Made by a program: the position numbers and the translations under genes | Notes under the pieces: generated by a model | What the model saw: the letters and a program-made list of their open reading frames with translations, nothing else | What the model was told of the DNA's origin: nothing | The model's database searches: none | Shown: in pieces, positions 22,886 through 36,986 of the stretch | Layout: each line of letters begins with the position of its first letter | How positions within the stretch are numbered: position 1 is the stretch's first letter | From: Octopus sinensis | Lineage: Eukaryota | Assembly (NCBI RefSeq): GCF_006345805.1 | Contig: NC_043010.1 | Span: 12,586,001-12,650,000, forward strand | DNA length: 64,000 nt | Reading direction: 5' to 3'

Positions 22886-23811
22886 CTCCATGGGTTGGCA
22901 TTCTAGAGGAGAGTTTTGGGAATAAACTGTTCAAGTCTCGTGAATACTTAACATTTTGGTGCTACAGAAACTGGTGCCAGGCACTAGTCCTATGGATCAA
23001 TGCTAAAATGGGACAAAAAGATTACCATGTCAGTTGCTCTTTTATTTAAACTTATTGGCAACATTACTCTTATGAAGTGTGAATGTCATTGTGTAGGTGC
23101 CTCACACAAGATCTACACTTAGTGAGCTGACCTATGGGCAATGGCATGCCACCCATGGCTGTCTCACCTCTATTTTCATACAATATGTATGTATCTGTTT
23201 GTATGTATGCATATGTATGTATATATGTATATATGCATGTATACATATGTATTATCTATGTATTATATATATATATATATATATATAGAATATATATGAA
23301 TAAATTGTACATATATTGTATATATATATATATATATATGCATATACTATTTATATGTACAATTTATTCATATATATATTTTATATATATTATATATGTA
23401 TATTACACATATATATGCATTATTATGTATACTATGTATTATATATGTGTGTATATACACACACATATATAATATATATCATATATGTATTTTACATATA
23501 TTGTATATATATATAATATATATGTTTTACATGCACACATGCACACATACACATGCACACACACACATGCACACACACACATTCACACACACACATAACA
23601 TATATATATTTGCATATATTTTACATTTTGCTTAGGCATAGCAATACTAACAACCTGATGTTACAACTCAATATATATATGTTTCAGAACAAGACGTTAG
23701 TCAAGTACAGGGCATAATATGAAATTAAATGAATGACCGGAGAGTAATTCCTGATCCCCTGTCATTCATATGATTTTACATGCATGCATGTGTGTGTGTG
23801 TGTGTGTACAT

Positions 23812-24170
23812 CATCATCATTTAACGTTCGCTTTCCATGCTAGCATGGGTTGGACAAAAATGTATGTACATATACGCAGCGCTAAGCGTGTGACAAGCTT
23901 TCTACGGCTGGATGCCCTTCCTGACGTCAACCCCCACCTGTTGCCAAGCAAGGTAGTTTTTTCCCTCTCTCTGTTTCGGAGAGGTACAAGCACTTACACA
24001 CACATATACACACACGGCAGTAACCTCTGCCTACCGAATTCAATCACAAAGCTTCAGTCGGCCCCGGGGCTATAGCAGAAGACACTTGTCCAATGTGCCC
24101 CGCGGTGGGACTGAACCCGAAACCATGTAGCTAGGAAGCAAGCTCCCTAACCACACAGCCATGCCCGTCA
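23812..24170 (-). mobile_element. SINE D tail followed by SINE A head
   Basis: (cat)n-ttaacgttcgctttccatgctagc...ggatgcccttcctgacg, then gggactgaacccgaaaccatg...ccacacagccatg. Confidence 0.7.
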
Positions 24171-24867
24171 TAATTATGAAGGAGAACATGAGAGCAAGAA
24201 ATGGTCCTCCAGCCTATTGAGGACAATAACACTGAAGATGGACTCACTCCATTCATGACCACCCATACAACCCAGTCCAGCATGGAAAGCAAATGTAAAA
24301 TGATGTTGATAGCAATGAATTACGTTATCACAATTTGTCTTTCTTGTTTAAGATAGTTGAGTGTAATTTGAAGGATATGTGGCTGTTCTTTCTTGCAGTT
24401 GAAAGACTATTTTGGGGCTCCCTGGTATGTAAATTAAATCACTGTTTCATTGAAACATGAAATAAAATACACCAGAGTGACAAATACAATGGAAAGATAC
24501 AGACAACAGGATTATCCTCAAAATATTACAGGTATTTATATGGGCTACAATGACGGCACCTCTGTGTGGTGATTTTGCTATGAAAGAAATAGTAGCCAAA
24601 TGTCACTCCAATCGCACCCACTGTCTTAAAATAAAGGACAACATATTGGATAATGTTGTCCTTAGTACCCAAAATGTGGTTTGGTCACAGCTAGAGTTCT
24701 TTATTTGCTCATGCATGTATTATACTCAGTCAAGGTTGACCCACTACTAAACAACAACAAAAACAACAACACTATCTAATAATTATTTCATTGACCTTGG
24801 ATAAATGACGAGGAAACTCAGTCCCTCTAATGATAGTGTCCAGAAGGCAGAGATATAAAACAAATTA

Positions 24868-25100
24868 TATATTTCTTTATTGCCCACAAGGGGCTAAACA
24901 CAGAGGGAACAAACAAGGACAGACAAACCGATTAAGTCAATTACATCGACCCCAGTGCGTAACTGGTACTTAATTTATCGACCCCGTAAGGATTAAAGGC
25001 AAAGGACGACCTCGGCGGAATTTGAACCCAGAACATAATGGCAGACGAAATACAGCTATGCATTTCGCCCAGTGTGCTAACATTTCTGCCAGCTCACCGC
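24868..25100 (-). mobile_element. SINE family B, full length, flanked by a 51-bp direct duplication
   Basis: Duplication at 24817-24867 and 25101-25152. Confidence 0.9.
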
Positions 25101-25456
25101 CTCAGTCCCTCTAATGATAGTGTCCCAGAAGGCAAAGATATAAAACAAATTACAACAAAGCACTTAGTCTAGTGCACTACATTTTTTTTCCTTCAAGTGG
25201 AATGATATGTATTTATGCATATATATTTTTACATATGAAATAATTCAGTTAAAGAATTCAGTTAAATAATTCAGTTAAAAGAAAACGAAAATATACACTA
25301 GAATGAATAACATAAGGGTTCCCTCTAAGAACACATGATTAATTTCAGTAGGAACATGAGGATGATTGATACAAGCACACTATATTATAACTGCTTACTT
25401 TATTGGAAATAAACTGATGAACAGCAAAGTTGTACTTCAGTATGATTTGAACATGA

Positions 25457-25688
25457 GGTGGCGAGCTGGCAGAAACGTTAGCATGCCGGGCGAAATGCTT
25501 AGCGGTATTTCGTCTGCCGTTAAGTTCTGAGTTCAAATTTCGCCGAGGTCAACTTTGCCTTTCATCCTTTCGGAGTCGATAAATTAAGTACCAGTTTCGC
25601 ACTGGGGTCGATGTAATCGACTTAATCCGTTTGCCTGTCCTTGTTTGTCCCCTCTGTGTTTAGCCCCTTGTGGGTAATAAAGAAATAG
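25457..25688 (+). mobile_element. SINE family B, full length, 17-bp TSD
   Basis: TSD gtatgatttgaacatga at 25440-25456 and 25689-25705; B-box-like GAGTTCAAATT. Confidence 0.92.
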
Positions 25689-26491
25689 GTATGATTTGAA
25701 CATGAAACTGAACAGGATGAAACTAAATACATAATCTAAATAAATTTTAGCAATCTATGGTGGCATAAATTTTAGCAATCTATCTTCATCAGACAGTGAT
25801 TGTTAAGTTAGATACAAGTTCAATATCATCACAACAAGTTCAGCATCATCACAGGTAGTTTTATGTCGATACTTCATGCAATCGTGAATAAATAAAAGAA
25901 GCTTCAAATTATAATTCTTTCCAAAACTTTGTTTAATATCATACTTTCTATCAAAATCAGTTTTTAAAAAATTACACCCGTTTCATTTTTAAAAGTTCTC
26001 TATCCTACTCTCTCTCCACTCCAGCTTTTATCAATGACCTGACCTAGATTGCATTTTTCATTGCATTCATGCATCCAATCAGAGAAAGCCTTTTCTAGCA
26101 CATGAAATAACTGATACAGCAAGAACATGAGGATGATTGATACAAGCACACTATATTATAACTCCTTAAACCCAGCTTAACTCAGAACTGAGCCACGATT
26201 CACTTTGTGAGTAAATTGTTAAGTATCTACGGTGACAATTATAATCATTAATCATTAATCATTAATCACTAAATGGTAAAAAAGGATGGGAAATTTTATG
26301 CAAAAAAAGCAACAAAAAAAAAACAGAGCATCACATGATTATAATAAAACAATATGTTCAAGTCAAACAAAATTAAAACTTTCTTATTAATGTCAAAATA
26401 TTTTGTGTAAAGGCTGCCCACCTCTTATTCTTCATTAAAACATATTTTCTCTGCAAACACTTATTGGAAAAACTGAATAAAAAGTACTCAC

Positions 26492-26581
26492 CTCAAATTT
26501 GTCCATAGTAATATTACTAACTTCTTTCACATATTACATTCATAATACAACCAAATAAATATTATATTGTGAACCACAGAA
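26492..26581 (-). other. Candidate spliced exon (UTR plus ATG GAC AAA TTT GAG)
   Basis: Donor GAG|GTGAGT at 26492/26491 and pyrimidine tract tccttttctataag| at 26582; no homology recognised. Confidence 0.2.
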
Positions 26582-27499
26582 CTTATAGAAAAGGACATAA
26601 TGCACATATTAATAAAAAATAGAGATTATCGAAACAACTTATTTTTGGCCAAGAAATTCAATAAATCCTTTCTTAACATTTTATGAAGTTCTTGGCAATA
26701 GAATTGTAAGAACAGTTCCATATATTTTTCATTATCTAATTCTACATATATATATATATGTATATTTGAATATTATGCTTTTCTTTTCTTTCTTCATATA
26801 AATGCATACACACATACTTTCACATACACAAATGAAAGTTGATTTTCTAAAGGAAAGCTCTGGCATCACCATCAGACAAATATTCAGTTCTGACCAGTGT
26901 AATATTGCAGAAGTTAACAAAAGGCTCCTTCAGAGGCAATCAATAGAGAATTGTTCTCTCAACCATACAGTATTCATGCTTTTATTCAGCGAACACTGTA
27001 ACAGCTCTGGGCCATAGCATTTACATGGAAACCAGAAGGTGGAGTACAGTAGGAAGGCTGGAGACAATTGCAGAGAAGGGAAAGTAAAGAAGGAAAGTAA
27101 AACAGAGTTGGTAGTACCATTGTGGAACCAAGCTGGCTAAATTGTCTAAAACTATTTGCTGTAGAAAACATGGCATTACATCCTTTTGTGCCTCAAGTAA
27201 TAAAAAAAAAAAAATAAAACAAAACAAAAAAAGAAAAACAAAAAACAAAAACACTGCAGTCGATAGTAACCAAACTGTTGTAATATATTTAAGTGGAGAA
27301 AATCTATGTAAAAATTGTTAAAGTATTTGGTAAGGTATTTAATTTTCATTCATTAAGATTGAAAAAATATATATATGACTTTTTCTAATATTTAAGTAAT
27401 AAAAACTAAATATTAATACTTTTTCACACTTATTTTTTTACTCCTGAATTATAAAAAAAAAAAAAATTGTTTCAGTCCCTCATGTTTATATATATATAA

Positions 27500-27570
<71 letters not shown>

Positions 27571-27581
27571 AATCTACCTAC

Positions 27582-27658
<77 letters not shown>

Positions 27659-27715
27659 CATCTATCTATCTTTCTGTCTATCTGTCTGTCTACCTATCTA
27701 TCTATCTATATATAT
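27500..27715. repeat. (TATC)n microsatellite
   Basis: Direct reading. Confidence 0.95.
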
Positions 27716-27764
27716 ATACATATACATATATATATATATATACATACATATATATATATATACA

Positions 27765-27821
<57 letters not shown>

Positions 27822-28244
27822 CTATATATATATATATATATATATACATACACACATTCATATATATATATATATATGCATGTATGTATGTATGTATGTA
27901 TGTATATCATAATACATCTTTCTTTTTAAAGTATAGCAGAGTAAGAGAGAGAGAAAAAAAATTTAAGCTTACTTGTGCAGTTGTATCTGTTGTTAAGAGA
28001 TGAGCCTGTATACAATCCATGTGTTACAGTGAAGAAGGCTACTGTAAGCACTGCAGTACTGTGGTGTTATGTTGATAGATATATGTTGTATTTCAGAACC
28101 AATGAGAACCTGGGGAGTACATTCTTCTCTGGTGTATCTTACTCACTCTAACTGTGTATGTACAGAGTCAGTGAGTGGGCAGGAGTATAAATTTTTCCTC
28201 TGCATGTAAGTGTGAATAGGTAGAACAGTGTAGTTTCCAATATA

Positions 28245-28282
<38 letters not shown>

Positions 28283-28375
28283 TGTATGTATGTATATATA
28301 TGAATGTGCTGCTCTTGTTTAAATGCTGTACTTATGTACATGTGTATATGTATGTGTGTGTATGAGCGTGATCAC

Positions 28376-28410
<35 letters not shown>

Positions 28411-28466
28411 TCTGTGTTTGTGTGTATGTGTTTGTGTGTGTGTGTATGAGTGTGTTCACATGTATG

Positions 28467-28497
<31 letters not shown>

Positions 28498-28693
28498 TAT
28501 TATATATATATGTGAGTCTGTGTTTGTGTGTATGTGTGTGTAAGTGTATGTTTGTGTGTGTGTGTGTTTGTGTGTGTGTTTGTGTGTATGTGTGTGTATG
28601 AAGTTGTAGGTAGTGTAGGCTAGTTTCTTACACACTCAGATCAATGTGGAATTTGAAGTCCTGTTTTCTCTCACAACTCTGGTTCAGTATGAA

Positions 28694-28725
<32 letters not shown>

Positions 28726-29539
28726 ACACACCATAAACACATATACACATACATGCACATAAACACATACACATATACATACACTCACATGGCTACACTA
28801 CATGCATATAGAGACATATTCAAACCAACCACACACAATGCACATACGGATACACACTCACACACCACATGGCTATGTATGGCGTGTACCTGTGTACCAC
28901 TCTGCACGTGTGTTTGTGTGTTTGTGTGTGAGTGTGTGAGTGTATGTGTGTTTGTGTGCGTGAGAGAGAGAATATAAATCAATAGAGATGGAGACCATTC
29001 AATTAAAACATCGGTAAAGTCCATTATTTTTACAGGTAACAGACAGCATTGTGAAAATAATCCTTTCTCTTTCTCTTTTCTTTTTCCTTTTTATTCTAGC
29101 AGAAATTTCAACAGAATCTAAATATCTTGCAGAAACCTACATCAGCATTATTTAGAAATATATTCTTTTATTTCATTCCATCTGATAGAGTTTTGGTGTG
29201 TTTGTTTTATATACAATTTTATTTTAAATTTCTTTCTTTTCCATTTTTCCCTTTTTCTTTTCCAAATATACAAAATTCAACTCATTGTTACCATGCAAAA
29301 AGAATAAATTCTATTTGAAAAACCTGATTTCTTTTATATATATAGTTTAGACTTTTTTTTTCCCGAGTATTAATATTATCATAGTTAAGGAATTCTTTTT
29401 CTCATTCAGAGTATTAAATATTTACTTGAATATATAATGCTTTATTTATCTTTTTATTCCTTTCTGTCTTTTTTTTTCATTGAGGCTGTGGTGGTGGTGG
29501 TGGGGCAATTTCTAATATTTACATCTGATATGATTTTCT

Positions 29540-29574
29540 TTTGTATTTCTTTATATATGTATGTATATATATTA

Positions 29575-29608
<34 letters not shown>

Positions 29609-29731
29609 TGGGTATATGTATGTATGTACATATGCAAACTTAAATTTGTGTACACACTCCACTCCAAACAGACATATATGCATGTATCCACAAATGCATA
29701 CATGCTTGCAAGCAGATGCACTTAAGGATAT

Positions 29732-29773
<42 letters not shown>

Positions 29774-30019
29774 TTTGCATGCTTTTGTGCATGTGCACAT
29801 GCAAACATATTCATATGTAAATACATATTAACAAAGACAAACATGCTTCTATGCATATACATATATATACACACACATAATATACATACATATATATATA
29901 TATGAACATACATGTGTGTGTGTGTGTGCATGTATATGTGTGTATGTATGTGTATGTATATATCCATATATAAATATATATACATACACACACACATATA
30001 TATATATATATATACAAAT

Positions 30020-30054
<35 letters not shown>

Positions 30055-30592
30055 CAAATATATATATATATATATATATGCATAGATACATATGTATACA
30101 CACACATATACATCAAAATATGTATCAATTTTATATGTTTATCCATGTAATTTTCATATTACTTCATAGCCCATCACATCTTTTCAAATAAATTTGTATA
30201 CCTACATATCCCTTTATATTACTGAGATCTAATTTTAAATTCCTCTGTATGTTGTTATATTTATTAATGTAACTCATATTATATAGGCTGCGTTTATACA
30301 AATATCTTTTTTATTTTTCTATATTCTTTTTTAAGTCCATGTAACTAACCATAATTTCATATCCCATATATATATTATCTTATATTCCATGTAACAACTT
30401 ATGTAGTATATTGTTTATACCTTTCCAATATAATATAAAATTTTTAAAATTTCCCTTCTCTTTATATTGCAGAATATTTCCATTTTATATTTATATATAT
30501 ATTTGTGGATATTTATGGATACCGTATAGCAATGCTTTATATCTTTATATTCCCTCAATTTACTCCTATATATATATATATTATATATATAT

Positions 30593-30635
<43 letters not shown>

Positions 30636-30663
30636 ATTTATATGTATATATATGTATGTATAT

Positions 30664-30710
<47 letters not shown>

Positions 30711-30731
30711 ATATGTATGTATATTTATATG

Positions 30732-30786
<55 letters not shown>

Positions 30787-30877
30787 TATATATATATATG
30801 TATATATATGTATATATATATGTATATATATATATATATGTATATATATGTATATATATATATGTATAATATATATA

Positions 30878-30910
<33 letters not shown>

Positions 30911-30930
30911 ATATATATATAATATATACT
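29540..30930. repeat. Extended (TA)/(TG)/(CA) low-complexity field
   Basis: Direct reading; source of many IYIY ORFs. Confidence 0.9.
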
Positions 30931-31494
30931 CAAAGTATTCCTTCTCTCATATTTCTAAATTTTGTGATAGTTTTTAGGAAGTCATTACATATTACTAAAA
31001 AAAAAAAAATTCTGTATTTATACTATTTTAATTAAACTAAATTAGGACTCATTTTTCTTTATTATTTACAAATCATTTGCTAGAATGGAGCACAGGGAGA
31101 TGAAAGTCGTTTACTCATAGACTGACCCATGAGAAGAATCAGGAATAATTCGAAATTAAGGCAGAACCTATATTCATGAATAGCAATATCACAAATTTTT
31201 AAAAAATGCAATTATTCTGTAAACATTATTGAATTAGTATTTTCATAATAAAAGAACTTTTATCTATGTCTTAACTAAAATATTGGATACATTTAATGAA
31301 ATTTATCACAAGCGGATTCCGAAATGTAATGATATTTAAAGTAATATATATTTGGTTAGACTTAAACCTTTGCCCAATATAACACAACTGCTGATTACAG
31401 GTGTCTTTAGCTGAGTCTACTTTGCTTCATGTATTTACACCTAGCTTCAGTTTGTGGGGTTCTTTTTCTCTCTCTCTTTCACAAGACACTCAAA

Positions 31495-31642
31495 CAGGTT
31501 ATGGACAACCCACTTTGCAACCATGTGGCTGGGGTTCAATCCCATTGCGTGGAACTTTGGGCAAGTGTCTTCTACTATAGCTTTGGGTCAACCAATACCT
31601 TGTGAGTAAATTTGGGTAGAAACTGCGTGGAAGACCATCATA
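31495..31642 (+). mobile_element. SINE family A head (tail displaced to ~32560-32772)
   Basis: ggggttcaatccc...ttgggcaagtgtcttctactatagc; the tail resumes after inserted elements. Confidence 0.7.
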
Positions 31643-32039
31643 TCTTTATATATAAAAGAGAAGTTGTGTGTCTGTCTCCTACGATTTAGATTCCTAACTA
31701 CTCCCACATTTTGCGGTGCAGTTTAACCAAAACCGGGTATCTTATAGTCGTGATTCATATCGAGCCCTTCTGGGTATTAGCGTGCGTCTACGATGAGTCT
31801 ACGATTTTAAAATTAATTTACCATCATTTTTTTCCATTTTAATGCATTTTTTCGCTATTATATAAGGGAAGTAACTCTCTAAAAATGTCTACGATGAGTC
31901 AACGATTTAAAAAAAATTTACCATCATTTGTTTTCCATTTTTAATGCATTTTTTTGCTATTTTTTGGCTATAACTCTCTAAAAATGCTTATATAGTTATT
32001 TCCCTTACAAAACTGAGCAACGCCGGGCGATACTACTAG
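31643..32039 (+). mobile_element. Non-autonomous Helitron
   Basis: A|TC 5' end (tctttatatataaaag), subterminal gagcaacgccgggc GC-rich motif, CTAG|T 3' end, no TSD, internal 101-bp tandem duplication. Confidence 0.88.
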
Positions 32040-32049
32040 TATACATATA

Positions 32050-32259
32050 CAAGAGGGCGCTGAACAGTTCATGGCTTTGGGTGAAAGAAAATAAAAGAGA
32101 ATCATTTAATTAATTATTAATTATTTCCCTCTCAGATTCACACTCTTATTGCAGCAGTCCTTCAGTTTCTCTAAGCCCTTAAAAGAACTTGGAAGGCTGG
32201 GCCTCTAACCAGACATTTTGTGATACCCTTAAAGCCAGGAACTTTTCAGCACCCCAACG
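32050..32259. mobile_element. Mariner-type MITE
   Basis: TA then TIR aagagggcgctgaacagttcatggcttt, paired with aaagccaggaacttttcagcacccc. Confidence 0.7.
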
Positions 32260-32551
32260 CGGAGTAGATGAAACCATGGCAACTGAAGAAGGGGAATTTT
32301 CCTTGTGTTATTTGTCCTGTACTCTATTTTTTCGTTGTTGAAGAAAAATGTCCAGTTCCTTGGTTTTGTGTTTATGTTTTCGTTTCTCATTCTGTTTGAC
32401 GTTTTTTTGGTGTCCTGTACCCATATATGCATGTATATATACATGTAGATGTAGGTACGTACATATATGTATGTATATATGCATATGTTTTATTTATTAA
32501 TTTGTTATTACACGACAGAATGCACGCATCCATTTCTAAGTAAGTTTGTTC

Positions 32552-32590
<39 letters not shown>

Positions 32591-32776
32591 ATATATATAT
32601 GTACGTGTGTGTGTGTGTTCATGTGTTTGTCTGTGAGTATCTGCATGTGTGTATATATATATTTGTCTTTGTTTTTGCTTGTCCCCCCCACTGCTACCTG
32701 ACAACCAGTGCTGGTTTGTTTATGTCCCTGTAACTTAGCAATTCAGCAAAATAGACCAATAGAATAAGTACAAGAA

Positions 32777-33140
32777 GGTGGTGAGCTGGCAGAAACGTTA
32801 GCATGCCGGGCGAAATGCTTAGCGGTATTTCGTCTGCCGTTACGTTCTGAGTTCAAATTCTGCCGAGGTCAACTTTGTCTTTCATCCTTTCGGGGGGGTC
32901 AATAAATTAAGTACCAGTTATGCACTGGGGTCGATGTAATCGACTTAATCCCTTTTGTCTGTCCTTGTTTGTCCCCTCTATGTTTAGCCCCTTGTAGGTA
33001 ATAAAGAAATAGGTATTTCATCTGCCGTTACGTTCTGAGTTCAAATTCTGCAGAGGTCGACTTTGTCTTTCATCCTTTCGGGGGTCAATAAATTAAGTAC
33101 CAGTTACGCACTGGGGTCGATGTAATCGACTTAATCCATT
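32777..33140 (+). mobile_element. SINE family B, full copy plus tandem partial copy
   Basis: Body tctgccgttacgttctgagttcaaattc...cgacttaatcc occurs twice (~32830 and ~33020). Confidence 0.88.
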
Positions 33141-34008
33141 TGTACAAGATTTAAAAATAAGTTCTGGAGTCAGAGTCAATTTGTTCAACAAAACCCTTGA
33201 AGGCAGTGCTCCAGCACGGCCTCAGTCGAATGACTGAAATTATTAAGAGATAAATGATTTAGACGTCTAAGAATAAACAATCTTTAAAGGAATTTAAGGT
33301 ATTGTATTAGACGCTACTAGTTTCTTTGATTTTTTTTTTTTTTAATTTCCAGTTAAGAATGAAACCAATATATCTTAAGACATAAATGATTTTGTTTCTT
33401 ACAAGTCACACGAAACTAGTAATATCATTCTGAAAGAAGCAAAACAAGAAAAGCAAAGAGTCTGTTATTTTCATTAGCCACTTCTAAAGCAGAACTTTAA
33501 ATAAACATTAGTCCAGCATTTCAATCTCTTGGGAGGAAGAGAAATATAAGTTTTTATTGTTTGTTTTAGTTTTATTGATAAAACAGTATTATGTTATACT
33601 AACTGCTTTTGTAAAGTTTCTGAGATTTCGTTTGTTAATTAAGAAAGGAATTCTTAGGAGATTTCAAAAAAAAATTAACTAAATTTGGAACACTTCCTGT
33701 CAAAATATTTAGTTTCTGCCAACTTGTTACAAAAGCCAAGTTTTTGGCAAGAAACATTTGTTAGAATAAGAACTAAAGAAACAACTTGTTGATAAAATTA
33801 TTGATTTTGATATCGATTTCTCTATATTGGCACTAGGACTTGGATATATAGTAAATCAAAAATAAAACTGTGAAGAGCATGCCTTTCTTTGTTTGTTAGT
33901 TTTTTTGGGTTTTTTTTATCACAGATTCTGATACAGGGCTAAATATTTGCACAGGAGTGAAAGAATAATTTGAATTGAATTAATGATTTGAAATTTATTT
34001 AGATATAT

Positions 34009-34182
34009 AGGTGCAGGAGTGGCTGTGTGGTAAGTAGCTTGCTTACTTACCACACATGGTTTCGGGTTCAGTTCCACTGCGTGGCACCTTGGGCAAGTAT
34101 CTTCTTCTATGGCCTCAGGCCGATCAAAGCCTTGTGAGTGGATTTGGTAGGTGGATACTGAAAGAAGCCCATCGTATATATG

Positions 34183-34233
<51 letters not shown>

Positions 34234-34597
34234 TTGTGTGTCTGTGTTCGTCCCCCAACATCGCTTGACAACCGATGCTGGTGTATTTACGTCCCCTGTC
34301 ACTTAGTGGTTCGGCAAGAGTGCCCGATAGAATAAGTACTAGGCTTACAAAGAATAAGTCCTGGGGTCGATTTGCTCAATTAAAGGCAGTGCTCCAGCTG
34401 GGCGAAATGCGTAGCCATATTTCGTCTGCCATTACATTCTGAGTTCAAATTCCGCCGAGGTCGACTTTGCCTTTCATTCTTTCGGGGTCGATAAATTAAG
34501 TACCAGTTACGCACTGGGGTCGATGTAATCGACTTAATCCCTTTGTCTGTCCTTGTTTGTCCCCTTTATGTTTAGCCCTTTGTGGGTAATAAAGAAA
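34009..34597 (+). mobile_element. SINE A (34009-34398) joined to SINE B (34399-34597)
   Basis: Junction at gctccagc|tgggcgaaatgcg; both family bodies are recognisable. Confidence 0.85.
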
Positions 34598-34764
34598 CGT
34601 ATATATATATATATATGTGAGTATCTATGTGTGTATATGCGTATATATGTGTATATATATGTACGTATGCATGTGTTTATGTGTGTGTGCTCTTTATTCT
34701 TCATCTTGATATTATGCGATAGCTGTAAACAAGTATCACTGTCAACAGATATCCTTCATTCCAG

Positions 34765-35175
34765 TCTTGGCTGTGTGGTAAGAAACTTGCTTCTCAACTA
34801 CATTGTCCTAGGTTCAGTCTCACTGCATGATACTTTGGGTAAGTGTCTTCTACTATAGCCTTTGGCTGACCAAAAGTTTGTGAGCAAATCTGAGAGATGG
34901 AAATTGAAAGAAGCCCTTTGTATATATGTATACATATATATACATATGCGTGTGTGTGTGTGTGTGAGAGAGAGAGAGTGTGTCTGTATTTGTCCCCAAC
35001 CACCATTTGACAACTAGTGTTGGTGTGTTTACGTCCCTAAAAATTAGAGGTTCGGCAAAAGTGATAAATGGAATAAGGACCAGGTTTAAAAAAAAAAGCA
35101 CAGGGGTTAATTCATTTGACTAAAAATTTTTCAAAGCTGTGCCCCAGCTTGGCCGCAGTCTGAATACTGATACAA
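34765..35175 (+). mobile_element. SINE family A, diverged
   Basis: Head, microsatellite and tail homology. Confidence 0.8.
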
Positions 35176-35262
35176 ATAAAATATAAAGCTGAAACAATGT
35201 GAAATTAAATATAAAGTGAACTACAAAAGGGAAAACAATAAAAAAACAACACACACACACAC

Positions 35263-35318
<56 letters not shown>

Positions 35319-35334
35319 GTATATACACATATAC

Positions 35335-35605
35335 AGGCAAGGTTGTTTATGGAAGACCAGCAGTCGCCCATGAATACCGGCCTCCCCTCTCCACGCTACC
35401 AGTGTTATCCAAGGGAAAGGCAAAGGGGCCGATACAGCATGGCACCCGTGACGTCGCAACTCATTTCTACAGCTGAGTTAACTGGAGCAACGTGAAATAA
35501 AGTGTCTTGCTCAAGAACACAACACGCAGCCCGGTCCGGGATTCAAACTCACAACTTCACGATCGTAAGCTCAATGCTCTAACCACTGAGCCATGCGCCT
35601 TCACT
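35335..35605 (-). mobile_element. SINE family C
   Basis: Reverse-complement match to 4402-4680. Confidence 0.88.
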
Positions 35606-36230
35606 ACAAGACAATAACCATGTGTATATTATGTGTATATTTGTGTGTGTGAGAGAGAGAGTGTGCATGTGCATGTGTGTGTGTGCGTGTGTGTGTATGT
35701 GTACGCGCGTGTGTAGTAATAATTTTTTATGTCTGAGATAAATGTCTTTTTCAACTGTTGCAGATAAGCTATTTAGCATTGTTGAACAAAGTCAGGGCTA
35801 ATATATTTTAAAGTAATGAGATTCTTATATGATTTTTTTTTACGTCAAGGAATTTGTAATTAATTGAAATTAAACTGTGACGTGAAAGAACCATTAGTGT
35901 AATGGATTAATTCTGGTAAAGGAAAAAAAACAAGGAAGACAACTACAATGTAATTTAAATTAATTAGATTAATTAAAAATAGAATATGAAGCATGTGTAG
36001 GTAGTGAGTTTGATTCTGAAGATACAACAACAAAATATGTTTCAGTCTTATTTAGACCTCCTCATTGAAACTGTTTCATTACCAATGCCCTTAGATAAAG
36101 AAAACTTGAGACATTTTGTGAATAAGCACTGAATTTGCGTTAACTTGAAATAAGCAAGCTATACTTACAAATAACCAAGTTAATTTTCTTTTTTGTAGAA
36201 AAGGGTTCAAATTTCAAAAATTCCTTTAAA

Positions 36231-36743
36231 TCTCTCTCTATATAAACGGCAGTTTGTCTGTCTGTGTGTCTGTGTGTCTGTCAGGTTGTACCCTTACCTT
36301 AACCACGGCTTTCAACCGATTCTGATGAAACTTGACACACAGATAGCCCAATGTCATAATTCAAAACTAACGCAGCGAAAATTTTGAAAATTCTCCCCAG
36401 TTCTGAAAATTATCGATAAATTCGACATGGGGTCGAGAATCTAAGCATTTATTTGCAACACATTTTCTGTTGTAGTTTTCGCAACTTACAATCGATTTTC
36501 ACCAAACTCATGGTGAAGCTTAATGTTACCCTAAGAAACTTAATTCTGACATTAGTTTTCCATGCAATACCTTACCATCAGAAAAAATCGATAAAATCAT
36601 GCCATTTTGGGAAATCGTGTTCAAATTCAAGATGACATATTTTCGACAGTATCTTTCTCAAATTGGCAGGAATTTTTTCAAAATTCACAGCAAGCATCAT
36701 GTCTGCTCTTACATACCCGGGCAATGCCGGGCTATGCTGCTAG
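36231..36743 (+). mobile_element. Non-autonomous Helitron (second family)
   Basis: A|TC 5' end (tctctctctatataaac), (tgtc)n, subterminal hairpin cccgg-gcaatg-ccggg, CTAG|T 3' end. Confidence 0.88.
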
Positions 36744-36986
36744 TGTTATATATCTATGTGTGAATGTTTAAGTCTTTCTACATTGAAAGTTTCCCGTTAG
36801 TTGATATCTTTTCATTCAAGAACAAAAAAGCACGTTTGAACATTGGTACATTTTTGTCTAAGTACAAGACGAACACTAAGGAACATAACTAGATTTGATT
36901 TAATTAATCCTTGTACACTTGTTCCATTGATTTCCAACAGTACAGAAGGACAAAGTCATTTGAAGAAGGACTTCGAACCAGGATTC

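Noticed and set aside
25352-25392. C/D snoRNA in the duplicated 41-mer
   Set aside because: No proper RTGATGA box C, paired box D or terminal stem.
36322-36335. CTGATGA motifs at ~36323 (+), ~43113 (+) and ~8819-8825 (-)
   Set aside because: No stem II followed by GAAA; the first lies in a Helitron body.
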